From Ophelia neglecta (lineage: Eukaryota), in assembly GCA_965285935.1 (NCBI GenBank), contig OZ260667.1, positions 25,234,001 to 25,298,000 on the forward strand: a stretch of 64,000 nucleotides of DNA, given 5' to 3'. The translations under genes were made by a program, and so were the position numbers. How positions within the stretch are numbered: the first letter of the stretch is position 1; every line of letters starts with the position of its first letter. This document shows, piece by piece, positions 24,401-37,230 of the stretch. The notes under the pieces are model-generated. The model had not been told where the DNA came from. It saw only the letters and a program-made list of their open reading frames with translations, and made no database searches.

Positions 24401-25547
24401 TTTCTACCAAAGTACGCTGCTGAATTAAACTTTTACTTGAGAATCCCCTTTACTTACTTCTATAAGCCTATCATATTTGTTTGGGGCCTGGGGTCCCTTG
24501 CCATCAAGTGACATACATAAACATGAAACTATGGATAACTGTGTTTCCAATTTGTAGAAATGAGTTGTGGTTGCTGATTATATCGCTAGGGATCGGAGCT
24601 ATAGGAACCGGAAGTCTAGTTGTATCCTACCAACAACTAGTGACTGAAGCCATGGCGATGGGTATGAGCGATACCATGGCAACACAGGGAGTTATAGCAG
24701 GATTGAACAGTTTGTTTGGCTCTGTTGGGTAGGGACCACCTCTCGGCAAAAAGATTCATTTTAATTCCGGACTGGTTTAATCTTCCAGACACTTTTTCGG
24801 TCCGTGCGAAGTAATAACAGAAGTCACTACAAACATAGTGGTGTTTATACACAACTTGATATTTATTCGTTAGTTTATGTAGTTTACTTAATTCATGTTG
24901 TTGTATCACTCCTAGCTCATTCATCGGACCGACTATGGGAGGTATTTTGGTACAAGAGATAGGATTTGCATTTTCTGCTTCAACACTATCTGTCTTGGCA
25001 GCAGCATCTGTAGGTTAAACCGTTTCTGAATTGTGTATGTTATTTGGCACAATTATTCCTTTAAAAAGGTTGAACGATACGAATTAGTAAATTGTCTAGC
25101 GAGGTACGGTGTCGTTGGATAATCCAGCCTACAACACACTGCTTTACTATCTATAGTCAGTTATCAGCATTGATTGCAGATTGACACTTCGCAACAAACT
25201 GATAAAAAATTATCTTTGAACAAAGGCTATTTGGTGTTGTATTTATATATTCAAAGCAACGCACTGTTCTGATTGAGAATGATGGAAATTATTAATATCG
25301 ATTCTCATTCAAAACAGTGATTCGCTTTACAGACTTAATGATCATTGTGAGTACAAATTTCCCATTGAGTCTTAGCGTCGATTGGATTGTTTTTAATTTT
25401 TAATTCTAGGCCATGCTGCTGTTGCTGGTCGCTGTATTGCAGAGGTTATGTTTCGGTGGACTACCAGACCCACCAGCTCCTGACAGAGAAGTTGGAGATA
25501 ACGACGAGCGAAAGCCACTACTACCAGACAGACCTGTAGCAGTGTGA
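21421..25547 (+). CDS. SLC18B1: MFS-type transporter SLC18B1-like (vesicular amine/polyamine transporter family), 590 aa
   Basis: 12 coding exons: 21421-21957, 22061-22156, 22252-22325, 22688-22835, 23109-23177, 23280-23370, 23684-23841, 24061-24162, 24317-24411, 24558-24728, 24916-25009, 25410-25547 (1773 nt). Kozak accATGG. Family motifs: SLLAPFYPTQAKAKGAS, VGFIFG, IGSKFMLVAG, FVAMCFATRSLEALG, GLMIGPPVGGALY, GFVD, IGPCP, GSFIGPTMGG, EIGF. About 12 hydrophobic segments and a C-terminal ERKPLL. Orthology versus paralogy not tested. Confidence 0.9.
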
Positions 25548-28500
25548 TTGTGGGAAATTTACTGAAAGCTGCAAACGAAATAAATAGAATTGCTCTTATA
25601 TACTACTGCTGCGAATTAACCAGAGCTTAACAGCAGTTGACATGGAGTTCGCCCTTGCATCAGTATATTTTTTGGTAGCTTAATGGGTGCATTTTGATAT
25701 CCGGTTGCTCAGTTATAAATACAAAATGCGATGCGATGTAACATTAAATCTTGTGATGTTATTTTACTTTGCTTTGGGGGCAGATGTTAAATGACACAAA
25801 CATTCAAGTCTACTAAGTCCCGGGGTATGTGCAATATGTATGTATGTATTCATTTATGTCAATGTGGTTCTGATATGTAGAGCTACATATATATGTATTA
25901 AACTGTAGGTTGATGTAGTTTGCCTTTTGTAGTAGTCATGAAATGAGCATAACTTGTTAATGTCGATGCATAAGAAGAGCGAGAAAGTGGCGTTATTTCC
26001 GACGAGTATAAAGAGTCTATTATAGTGAAGTTGGCGCAGTGATTGTTCGCTGTCCGAGAACGATAAGGAATCTGATTGGGTTTGATCTGAAGACAACTGC
26101 GCCGACGAGTGATAAAAAAGAAAGAAATGAAATATTCCGTGTGAGATAAAGACACTGGGATCGACGATGATGAATAGTCAAAATCCATTATTAAACAAAT
26201 GAAGGCTGCCAGAGCCATAAAACTAATATTACCTCCAGTTTTAGGACGATTGGCAAGTTTTATAACCTGATTATACCTGCCGTCTATGTTTGGCTTCCGC
26301 GAGACGTTAATGATTTCAATCACAAGACGATTCATTAGATTTCGTTTTCTGAAGTCTAATCAGGGTTCAGACAACATCCAGGCGATTGGGTTCCTTGTTA
26401 AATCATAGAAAAGTCTGATAGTCTACCCCAAAACCCAGACATGAAAAATGTTGATAACAAAGTTATATTTTCGAATTATGTGTTCTCGTTATGATGTTTT
26501 ATTTTCTTTTGATTGCACAAGCCACGTTTGTGTTTTTAAAGTTTATTTCATTCTGTTGAAAATGGCAGGCGGTTTCCGAACACGTGTCGCTCGCATGATG
26601 TGATCATACTGCGGGAAATGCATCGTCCATCACCCCAAAGAAGGGGGGGGGACACTTAATAAGTCTGATAAATGTTTTGCCACCTAATATTCTGCTCGCG
26701 TAATTAATTTTAAAAATTAACATCAACATATAGCTGGGCTAAGATAACCAATATGCTGTTGAGATGTTTCTTTAAACCAGTGACACTAACGGGTGTAGGT
26801 AATTCTAGATTAAAAATAACTTAAGAATGCAATTAAGTTAGATGGACCTAATATTGTTATAATATCGATTATCATAACGCATTTCACATATAATAACTAA
26901 GATGAGGGAACCAGATAACCACGAAACAACATTACCGGCGTACACTGTAACACAAAAAACTGTCAAATTAAGCACTAAGAAAAATTAGGGAAAAAATGAT
27001 CCACTGTTTCAGAAACTTAGATAATATTAAACAAGGATAAAGAGTGATTTCAAATTATTTATAACAATTGTGAATTCCGAGAACAACTCGCTGATATGGT
27101 TAGACATATGGGGAGATTGGGACGGAGAAGGGGACCACACAGACAGGTATATCATATCACCTGCTCATGGTCGGTGCGCATAAAGTGTCCGCTGTTCAAA
27201 GCACCCTCTAACTCTACATGGCTACAACTTAAATAAAGTTACCTACCCCAGTCTTACAGAAAAACGTTTATGACAAAACACTTTTCTATATTAACAGCCT
27301 AGATAACATTCATTTCGATGTTAGTTCCCAGGTTTAAAAGGAATGCGGCACCATGTATCTATAACAAATGTTTCCACGTCTTAAAACCCGTTGCCATGAG
27401 ATTGGTAATGATGTGATTGAGCATCATGTGTTATCAAGATAATGTAATTGTTCTTGTGCGTTCGCATATATTTTGCAGCCCACTGGCATTGGTCTTACTT
27501 GAATATCGCATTGAGTATTAGTTTTTCTCTTGGCTGGTGAGCATGTAATCTCTCTCCTGCGAGCGGTGATGGACTAACGACTCCTTCATTGTACCCTGCT
27601 ACTCTGATGCTGTCTTGTGATCGTGATAAAGTGCCAACCAAACAGCCCACTTTTAATGCATCTTTGTGCAGCCGCTGTCTTAAAAAGAATCTCTTTCCTG
27701 TGGCAATTTGAACTGTTGTGGTTGCCACAAGATGCCAGCCCTATCCATGTTCTCATTGTGCTGCCCCTCAGCAAGTGATGTATCCCTCTGACCCCCTGAC
27801 CTCGCTAGACAGCCATTTCATAGGATTCTGACAACTTAGATAAGTGGCTAAGTACATTTAGGGTGAGAATGTCAACTAGAGCGGCTCAGAACTGACACCA
27901 AGATTACAATTGACAAGACTTGAGGCTGAAAAATGACAAACACTAACGACAATCTATATTTGCTGTCCAAATGGACTCATATTTGTATAATCAGATTCGC
28001 CCCTTGGCTTAAATGGAAATAACATTATACAAATCCAGTGCCAAAATATAACAACTTTGAGAGTATCACACGTGCCTTTAGAACATGCGCATGAGTACTT
28101 GTTCAAGTCGAGTCTGCATAGCTGGGTATCTGAACATTGTTACTACTTGTGCCTGTTGCAAATGGAAATGACAACTGTAATGCGCTCAATATAGAAGTAC
28201 AGAAATGATTTTTGTTCCTTCCATCCAGTAATTTCTATCCCCCATGTTCTCTTTTCAGATGTCATTGAAGGGGCATCCTGTAGCAATCTACCGTATTGAA
28301 ATGAATGAATTAAGGCGATTGGATGCAGGCTTTTCATTATCTCAAAGCACATGGGTTGGACATAACCGGCATGGCCAAGACAGCCAGAAAGGTCAAGTAC
28401 AAAACTGGAACCACTTCAGTTTACTCTGAAAGTTTTTCATGTCAACTCGGGCCACTCATTGCAACGCCTCGTCGGCTCAGCCTACTTAGTAAAATGAATT

Positions 28501-31500
28501 ATATTATTGTAGAATGTATGGAGGTCCTGTAGAGCAGCCTCTTGTGAACACCAGACCTCTTAGCTGGGCTGTCAATGTCTGCAAACCATTAACTTGAAAG
28601 GAAAGTCTGGTCGTGTCATTTTGACGGAAGGACGTGGGGGTCCCGGGATCGCAGAAAATGGAATGTCTTTTCGAGATGCTAGATTTTTTGACAACTTCCA
28701 TTTGAACACCGATTAAACCGCCAGCTGCGCATAATTCAGCATTTGAAGGAAAGACAAGAAATGCTATAAATCCAATTTGTGGCAATCAACCAATTTGACA
28801 GTTTATGAATGAATCTTAAAAGAGTGCTTATAAAAGGCGTTCGAAAAGGACCGTACACACATATATATATATATAGATAGTTTTATGATAGACATTTGGG
28901 TTTTGAACATCATTAATAACTTTACTCTGCTTACTAAGATATGGGCATCATTTTACAAAGGCTCATTCCAGCATGTAATATTATTCCGACGGTGGTCTAT
29001 CGCAATCGTCTTCTTTTCGTCTATCTTTTGAAGCTGGTTGATACGATTATTATAGCTCGACATTGGAGACAGATGAGGTGTAAATAGCTCGGCCAGTAGA
29101 CAATACGCAACGCCGGTATCCCTTGGTATTAGGCGAGTCTTTAATGGCCACAATGAATCAGTGAAAGGATCGAGTCGATAGCGCGGCCAATTTGCTCGAA
29201 CCAACACATCTGGAATTACATTTGAAGTTGGGATTATTTTGTCATTTCTTTCATTCCTATCGCCTCAATTCATCAGCGTCTTTTGACAAAATCTCGTTAT
29301 GTTATCGCGGCGAACCGGGCTGAAGATTCGCTGCTAATCCGGCCCCTGATTTCGTTACATTAATCAAATTCTAAACGCCGCTGAAGAAATAGAAAATAGA
29401 ATTAGGCGGTAATCCTCCACTCTTCTCCGAAATGGAATTTGACTTGAGCTGTCCAATAGCAACGGTTTTCATTTTGCCGGAAGCAGAATATGAGGCAATT
29501 GCGCATAAAGCGGAGATAAAGTCCTGGGGGGCGCAGACGAGACTTGGCCCGCTATTACAAGACACCGCCATATTCTACGCATCCACAAACAAATTGATTC
29601 CGCTGTTCAACCATGCAAATTGCAATCTCGATAATTTGCTACCTAGAGCAGTCTCTTCCTCAACCACTAATTCTAATGGAACCGGACTCGACCGCGGGCT
29701 ATCCATTCCAGCGAACGACTCCGGGAGAACAAGATCGTAACAGGAAACTCCAACAAAGTCTTTGTAAAGAACATACGTCATAGCCTGAAGGAGAACATTA
29801 CTTCGGTGCAAACGACATTTCATCTTAAAATTGCGGGAATTCGAGGTTGCAAACCGTTCGGTTCCTGCCAAGGAAAAAACATAAAAACCAATAATAGCCT
29901 CTGGGATCCAGAGGCAAAAACCTTGCAAAAGAATGAATGTGTAAAGCACTAAAAATAAGAGTACCATTTCGAAAATCACAGCTAGAGTGCTTATTTTTCA
30001 TGGCAGCTGATACTATTTTATGTGGTATAATTTGGAGTAATATATACATTTGCGTACTTATAAAAACAGACGAATCCAAAGCCAACATGGGTCAAAGAGA
30101 TAGGTACAGCTCATGATGCCGCATCCATAACTCATGAGCTATTAGAATTTATCGCGAGTGGTTACCCAAATTTTACTACCCATCGTAATATACACGGCCT
30201 GCGTAAAGAGGGCATTGAAACAACGCATTCGCGCAGCCATGTCCGGGTTATATCGTGAGTCAATCTCAAGTAATAGCTGTCCTTCCTCAAATTGGACGAA
30301 TTAAGTTCAAAATATCAGTAATGAGGAGAAGCGATGTAACAAATTAGAATCATGCTAGCTAAAGACCGCACATGGAAGGGTAATGCATTTGGTCCTATGC
30401 CAAGACCAACTACGCAGAAGTCTCATAGATATGATCACTTTAGACAATTTATTATGTTTGAGACTTAACCCGTTGCCGATTGACTTGATGGTCTTACATA
30501 TGATGAAGCCATCGAGGAACCATGGCCTGACCCGTCTTGGCCTCTTCGGAGTTTTCAATTATCGGTAGCCAATGGCAAGGGCCGCGGAAGCTTTGTGTGT
30601 GGAACAGAATCACAATAAACTATAGATATAACCATTTGCTACAAGCAAAACAAGCCACACGTTGAATACGATTGCTTATCTTTTGGTACGGCCTTTACAG
30701 AGTATTTATATTCATAGAAAGGCTCATTATCCTTCAAATTGGAAGTGGTCCTTCACATTGCAGCGTGCTCATTCATTCGTTTTCTGTTAGAAATCACTCT
30801 CCCTTTTGCTTTCACCCTTTTGTGTGTCTTTCAGGAACATCTGGGAGATATTTTAAATACAGCTGTCTATCTTACTCTGCTGATATCTGTCAAACACCCC
30901 TCAGGGTTTGTTACAGATTGTCTTTGAGCATGTGCGGTCCATTGCACGCCTCTCACGGTCCTGATGCCAGGATGTAGGCCTATTTAATGGCAGAAAGACT
31001 GAGGCGCCACTTACATAAGCCACTCTAGTCGGACTCTAATCTATCCTCGAGCCTCTATAATGACCTGCTACAGCTCTTTACACGCGTAACGAAGCCACCA
31101 GTAAGTCCCTAATACACACTCCACAGCGGTAATTTTCCAATCTGCAAGCCTCCGAATATGTTCATTACCTCGCCGTAACCATATTTGTCGATTTGTTGCC
31201 AATGCTTACGGTTAATGGGTCTGTGGTATAATGTGCGAACGAAGAACTGAAACAGAAGGAAGCGGGAAAGAGGCTGAGTATAAATAGTGCAATCACAGAG
31301 GCTCCACTTGTTTTCCGAATGACATTGGCTCATATTTTCAGTGTCGGTTTCCGTAACATTGAGGTTAATTCTTGTTGAATTTCTTTACCATTGTCAACCG
31401 TTACCAGAACAACGTATACTACAAACACTATGTTAAGATGAACTACTTATTTCATCATCATCAATTGTCTTCTTGATCGTCGAGGGAGGACCGTTGTCCG

Positions 31501-34238
31501 TCAAAGTGCTGAAAGTAGGACGTTTTAGTTTTCAATTTATACTCCTTGCGCTTACAGTCATATAATTTATTCTTTTACCTTGATTTTGTACAATACTTGC
31601 ATTGTTTGTTGCCACTTTTCATACTTATGTGGATTCGTTTATTTCTAGTATTATTCTGTACCGTTTGTATCTTTTTGAACACGCTTTTACTATTAGATTT
31701 CCAACTCAAAGGTGGGATTTTATGTTAGAGTTAAGACCCGAAGAGGCGGGTACCGCCCAATACCCTTGTACTGAATGGCCTATGGCAATTCCTTACCCAA
31801 TGCTCTATACCTATAGGCATCACCGAGTACGAAACATCGGCTCTGCCCGACACCGGAACGGGACAAACAGGACCCAGAGGACTATACATCCCCAAGCCCA
31901 GTCCAATAGTTGTTATCAGAGCGTCTTTAAGTTGGAGGTTTGCTCCCTGGGCGGGCGTCTGCTCTTGTAAAGGATCACCCGAGGCTGTGATCGGATTGAG
32001 ATGGCTACAGATAACCTGTCACGGGGCTTGTCTGCCCGTCCCAGACTTCAAAAAACCCAATTGCTATATGGTTGTAGGGTGGTACCAAAAAGCGCGCATT
32101 AGTGATTTTATGTCATAAAGTTGATCTATGATAATGCCTATCGATTTCTGGGGGTTTGGAATTTGGCAGATAGTAATCGCAGGAGGAAAGCCCTAATCCC
32201 ATATTCGTCTGGATAACGAAATATTAAATGAGGCCCAGTTTGTATCTTGTTGACAAAAGACGTCTAGTGTACATGTACAAGTACCTATCTGTACTTAAGT
32301 TGCAATATTTATTTAGGCCTGGTAAAAAAGGTTGCCCATGGTAATAGTGAATATGAAGGAATCGTTAGGACAAGAAGTATTATTGGCATGCTCCCTCAAT
32401 CCACGGTTAACATTCGTATTATCTTTAAAAAACTATATGTTAGGGTTATTTGCTAAGACAGACGACTTTAAAGACATTGGAATTTCAAGCTGTAGATACT
32501 GCTCCTCTAACTCTTGGTCTGTGATCTCTGCGTACTATACACAAGTGCTCTGAGCCGTCTATTGGAATTGATTTTATGCCGTAGACCACGACTCGATCTG
32601 TGTTGTTTTGTAGGTCTCGGTGAATAAATTCACGCCCCCTGTCCCAAGGTCAAACTTCTCGGGGTAACTGTAAAGCAAGGCGCTATCACGTGGCGCATCA
32701 ACAACGGAATCGTGCTCCAGAAAGCCGAGCAATGCTTAAGGTGGCACTCGACAGCTTCAAGGACTACCTTCAAGTGGAGGAGCTGTCTAGATCGCTAGGC
32801 GATATGCGCGGGCTTGGAAACCGCAAGAAATGAATGTACAAGTGATCCTATCTAAATAGGCAATGCATTAATGGCATGACAAAGTGTTTACAAAGATTTG
32901 TCATTTTTTAGTTTTCACATACTTAGTTCTTCTTGGTTTTGTTGTTTATTTTGATGCGGAAGCTTATATCCCGCGGATTGATTTACAACTCTGACGGCTA
33001 CTGGGTTGGACTGGGAGCAAATTACATTTTCAGTAAATCAGTATCCATCTGGCATTGTGTGCATGGTCCTTTTACAGCACTTTCCATCAGTAAGGTCTTT
33101 TACTTTCTGTTCGATGACGTCATTACTGATGATTGATTGGAGCTGATATTGATTTTAAAACCCTGATTAGTCTATAATATACTGTGGTTAACCTGTATAG
33201 ACAGAGAGTACAAATGTTACTATTGCGACTTACACAGAATGTCCGCACGGGTTTTGTGGTGGCTGTCTCAGGTCACTGCAAAAGAAGCACTGGATATTCA
33301 TGGGCTGAGAAGTACTATGTATCAAGGCGAATTTAGAGGATATATCATCGTTATGGCTCGCTCTGTGGTCGTTTTATCGCCCCCTGTAGGAGAATTTACT
33401 GCGCAGTTCTTGCCCAAAACTGATGGTTCTGATAAGAGTCTTTTGTCGACTTGCTGCCACACGAGATCTACGGTGATCTGGAGATTAATGAGAGAGATTG
33501 GCTCGGATAAAGCCGCAAAGACGGTGTTTAGCTTGGTGTAAATCAAGCCATTACATCCATTATTAGCGAGGTGTTATCACAATGATTGGACCCTGGTGTT
33601 TGTAGGGTCAAACTAAGTAGAACAGGGACGATGTCCATAAAAGGACATGTCACGAATTCACGTATTAATTAGGGTCATATAAAGAAATGCGCTACTTAGA
33701 AAAGACAAATTATTCTAATCTATATTTATGTTGGATATCGTCGCGGTGATGGTAAAATCTAACAAATAATCGATCTTATTCATATTTTCCAAAAAAGCGT
33801 GTTTAGTACAGAAAGATAATTTCTTTGGAGTAAAGAAGAGTCAGTTTAGTTTTAGGTTGCAACATTTCGGTTACTGTACGGTATCGACAAAAACTGTATG
33901 TAAAACATCCTATTTGCTTGGTTCAAATGCAGACTTGATTCCAATAGTTGTCATCGAAAACTGTCATTTTGATAAATCTTAGTTCATTTGCAATGAGGTA
34001 CTGGTCATTTTATTGCCATATTTGACACTCTATGACGTCTTATGTTGCATTTTCCTGTCCGATGTAATAATTTCATTATTTCAAAACAGTTTTCATTATT
34101 TAAAATATTTGATTTATTTGCCTGCATCCTAAACCTCCATACCAGCACATTAGTGTTTCTATGGACAAGTGCCTCATTGCAAATGAAGTTAGATTTATAA
34201 AGATATGTTGGTCTTGTATAATTTTCTTTTAAAAATCA

Positions 34239-34330
34239 CCCCCCCCCCCCCCCCCCAGCCCCCCAACCACAGCCCCCCCACCCCCACCCCACCCCACTAC
34301 CTCCCCACACACATGCACCTCTCCCCTCCT
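34239..34330. repeat. C-rich low-complexity tract (G-quadruplex-forming potential on the minus strand)
   Basis: C18 followed by many C4-C7 runs separated by 1-6 nt. Confidence 0.85.
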
Positions 34331-37230
34331 TCCGTTCCCGGAGTACAGCTGAGCTATTGGGTTATTGGCGGAAGTACTGTCCATCGTATTTTTCTCTCTC
34401 CTTCCTATTTTTCCTCCCTTTACTCCCCAGTGTCCCCTTCAGCCGGTGAACACGCGGTATGATATTTGACGGTAATGGCCACTTCATTACCGACCGGTTC
34501 CCCCGCCGACCAGAGAGTATACAGGACAAATATGATGAATACTCTCCGACGCTGTCTCCTGCCGCCTTTCTTTGACAACCAATACCGATTCATCATCCAC
34601 TAAACATCACTGCCTTCCTCTTGCTCGCGATCGATGCAATCCTCTCTTATTGATAACACCGGTGGTAGAAAGAATTTGTTAACAAGATCGAGGTCTCATA
34701 CAGGCGCTCAGCTGAAAGTCACGGCGTATTTAGTTTTATGAGGTGTGTTGGGTGTAACTGCCAATTGATTTATACGGAATAATGAAGACTTTTAGAGAAG
34801 GCCTTGGGCGTCTTAAGAAATGGCAGAAATGGAAAAAACTTTTGTTCGCTTCGCTTCCTGGCGAAAACGTTTCACGCGAGACTTATGATGTTTTCCTCCG
34901 CTAAGAAGCTTTTCATAGTTCAGATATTGGCGAAGAAATGACGCTTGAATTGAGTTAATGGAGCTAAAAACTGCAAAGCTCAAACAATAGATAACATTAC
35001 CATTCTGCCCAACGACTCTCAAAAGACTGGCTGACGACAGTAAATAGCATTCTGCCTTCCCAAAATTGAAACATTTATGACGCAAATCAACGAAAATATG
35101 GATGATATTAACAAAAGCCATCTACGTAGACGGGACCAACAAAACTAATGCGATGTAATTGCAAAAGCTTACAATAAATAACATGGAAAAACTACGAGTT
35201 TCTTTACTGGTAGGCGACGATGGTCTTTGTGACCATGATGGTGCAGCTCAATACTAAATGGGTTGCTCTGAGCGGCAAGGTCGGCATACGACATCCAGAT
35301 AGAAGGCGGCAAAATTAGTATGGATCACTGCCCTTGGCAGTTACACGTCTGGGGTGACAAAACAAATCAAGGATGGTTGAATGTCAAGGAAGAGGTAGAG
35401 AGAAGGAAGGCCAGTCCTACACTTGATACTGTTATAAAACTAAAATACAGGATAAATGATAAGCCATTCTCAACCCAAAAAAAAGTCAAGCTTACTTTAA
35501 GTTTTAGAATAGGAGTCAGCTTACATTCCCTGGAGATTTATTAAATGTTTATTCCTTTTGTTCTATCCAGTTTCTTACGGGTGGCCGTGTTTTGTACTAG
35601 TATCGGTTATCTGTGCTTTGATAGATGACTCAGACTATCATTTCTGACAAATTGATAAGAAGTTGAGCCAATATTCTCTTATATTAAGATTTATTGGCCA
35701 ATTCAGAGATACATGGAAACATAATGCGCTAAGATACCCATTGAACATAGATTATAAATCTTAAATAGGATGATCTCAAGAAAGAAATTTTAGATTTGTT
35801 ATCATGAAATGAAGACAAATTTTCTTTTCGAATGTCAACTAGTCAAGTACTATTCATGTATACATCTCAAAAAGAAATTGGTATTTGTTTGAAGAAAGAA
35901 GGTTTTTTGTTCAAAAATGTATACGAAGTTAAAAGAGAATCGATAATAATCCATAGCTTTTCCAAGAAATCAGATTGTGTTTCCTTTCTTGAAGAATCAC
36001 AGCTCGAGTTTTTGTTGAATATCACAGTTTTAGGCGAAGAGGGCTTGGCATGAGTAATAGGGAAACTCCGACCTTTATATCTATATATATGTATGTGTGA
36101 GGGTAGTTGGGTGCGTGTGTAGTATGCCTACATGTATAAGTATATATCCCCGGAATCAGAATATCCTCCATACACCATTAGAGCCATTTATAGGCAAAAA
36201 ATGGTTCGATATATTGTGAAACCCCCATAGCCAGTTATGATCTATCTTGGCTTATCGCTGTAATCACGACAACGCTGTAGCATATTGTATGGCCAAGAAT
36301 GTCTCCAATTTCAAACACCATCAAGGAGTAATCTATTGAAGCCCGTATCTATATTGATGCGTCTATTCCTTTCGTGGTTTAGATAGGAACGACGAGAATT
36401 TAAATAGTATGTCCAACCAAATAAATGGCGTGCTGTAGCTATACTAATGTATCGGCCCATATGTCGTCGTATCTGGCCCACAAATAATTGCGTTCTCTCG
36501 ACTGATGGTTTGCAGTGTCATTGCATGCCTGATTTGGCAGGCTTTTAGTTTCCACGGAATATGGCAGTCCCACAAACGTTATTGTACCTTATTGATTGTG
36601 TCATTTCATCGGCTTTCTTTTACTACTTGGCGGTGCTGAGTTATCATTTACCGATAAACAGTTTGCCGCAGACGATAATTATACTTAATGTGTAGCCAAG
36701 GTAGAGATTTATGCAGGAAACGCTGCTTCTAAGCCATTTTTTGTCCATAACGCAGTATTATCCGATGCATACAGCGGACATGGTAAATTCTTTATCTTAG
36801 CATCACGTTATTTAAACACATCTAAGCATGCAAGATGTACATGGGGATTATTACTCTGACAGCCGACATATAAACCAGTTGGTTGTTTCTCATTATTAAA
36901 GCGTGCCTCGGTTTTCTTCCAGCATCCCAGGCAATGTCAATGAAGCCATTCCATTAGCTGTCTCGGCTACTATGCCTGCCCATCCGTCTAGCTTGTCAAT
37001 TCTATCTGTCAGCGATGCCAGCCTTAATTGACTTATCCTGTAGCGTTTGCACGGATCGTCGTGATTTCCTTCTATTGCATCCAGCGCGTGACCGCATGTC
37101 TGTAATATTAGTTTATTTTAATGCCTTTTATAGTTAAGTTAGGAGCAAACGCCAGCTTGTTGCCTTGTTTTGCCTTATCCTAGTCATTTTTAAGTGGGAG
37201 GTATAGGTTGTCTTTTTCACTAAGTAATTG

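Noticed and set aside
3721-25547. Functional cluster linking the proteases with the polyamine-type transporter
   Set aside because: Adjacency on the same strand is not evidence of shared function in an animal genome; each gene appears to have its own promoter, and both proteases have their own polyA signal.
27110-27150. WDGEGDHT resembling the IMMP2L WVEGDH motif (possible host gene of LRRN)
   Set aside because: Only four residues match, there is no flanking similarity, and no other IMMP2L-like exon was found in the window.
28259-28532. Possible plus-strand exon after a good acceptor (cttttcag); similar case at 48083
   Set aside because: No recognisable protein in any frame and no partner exons could be linked; a lncRNA exon cannot be excluded.
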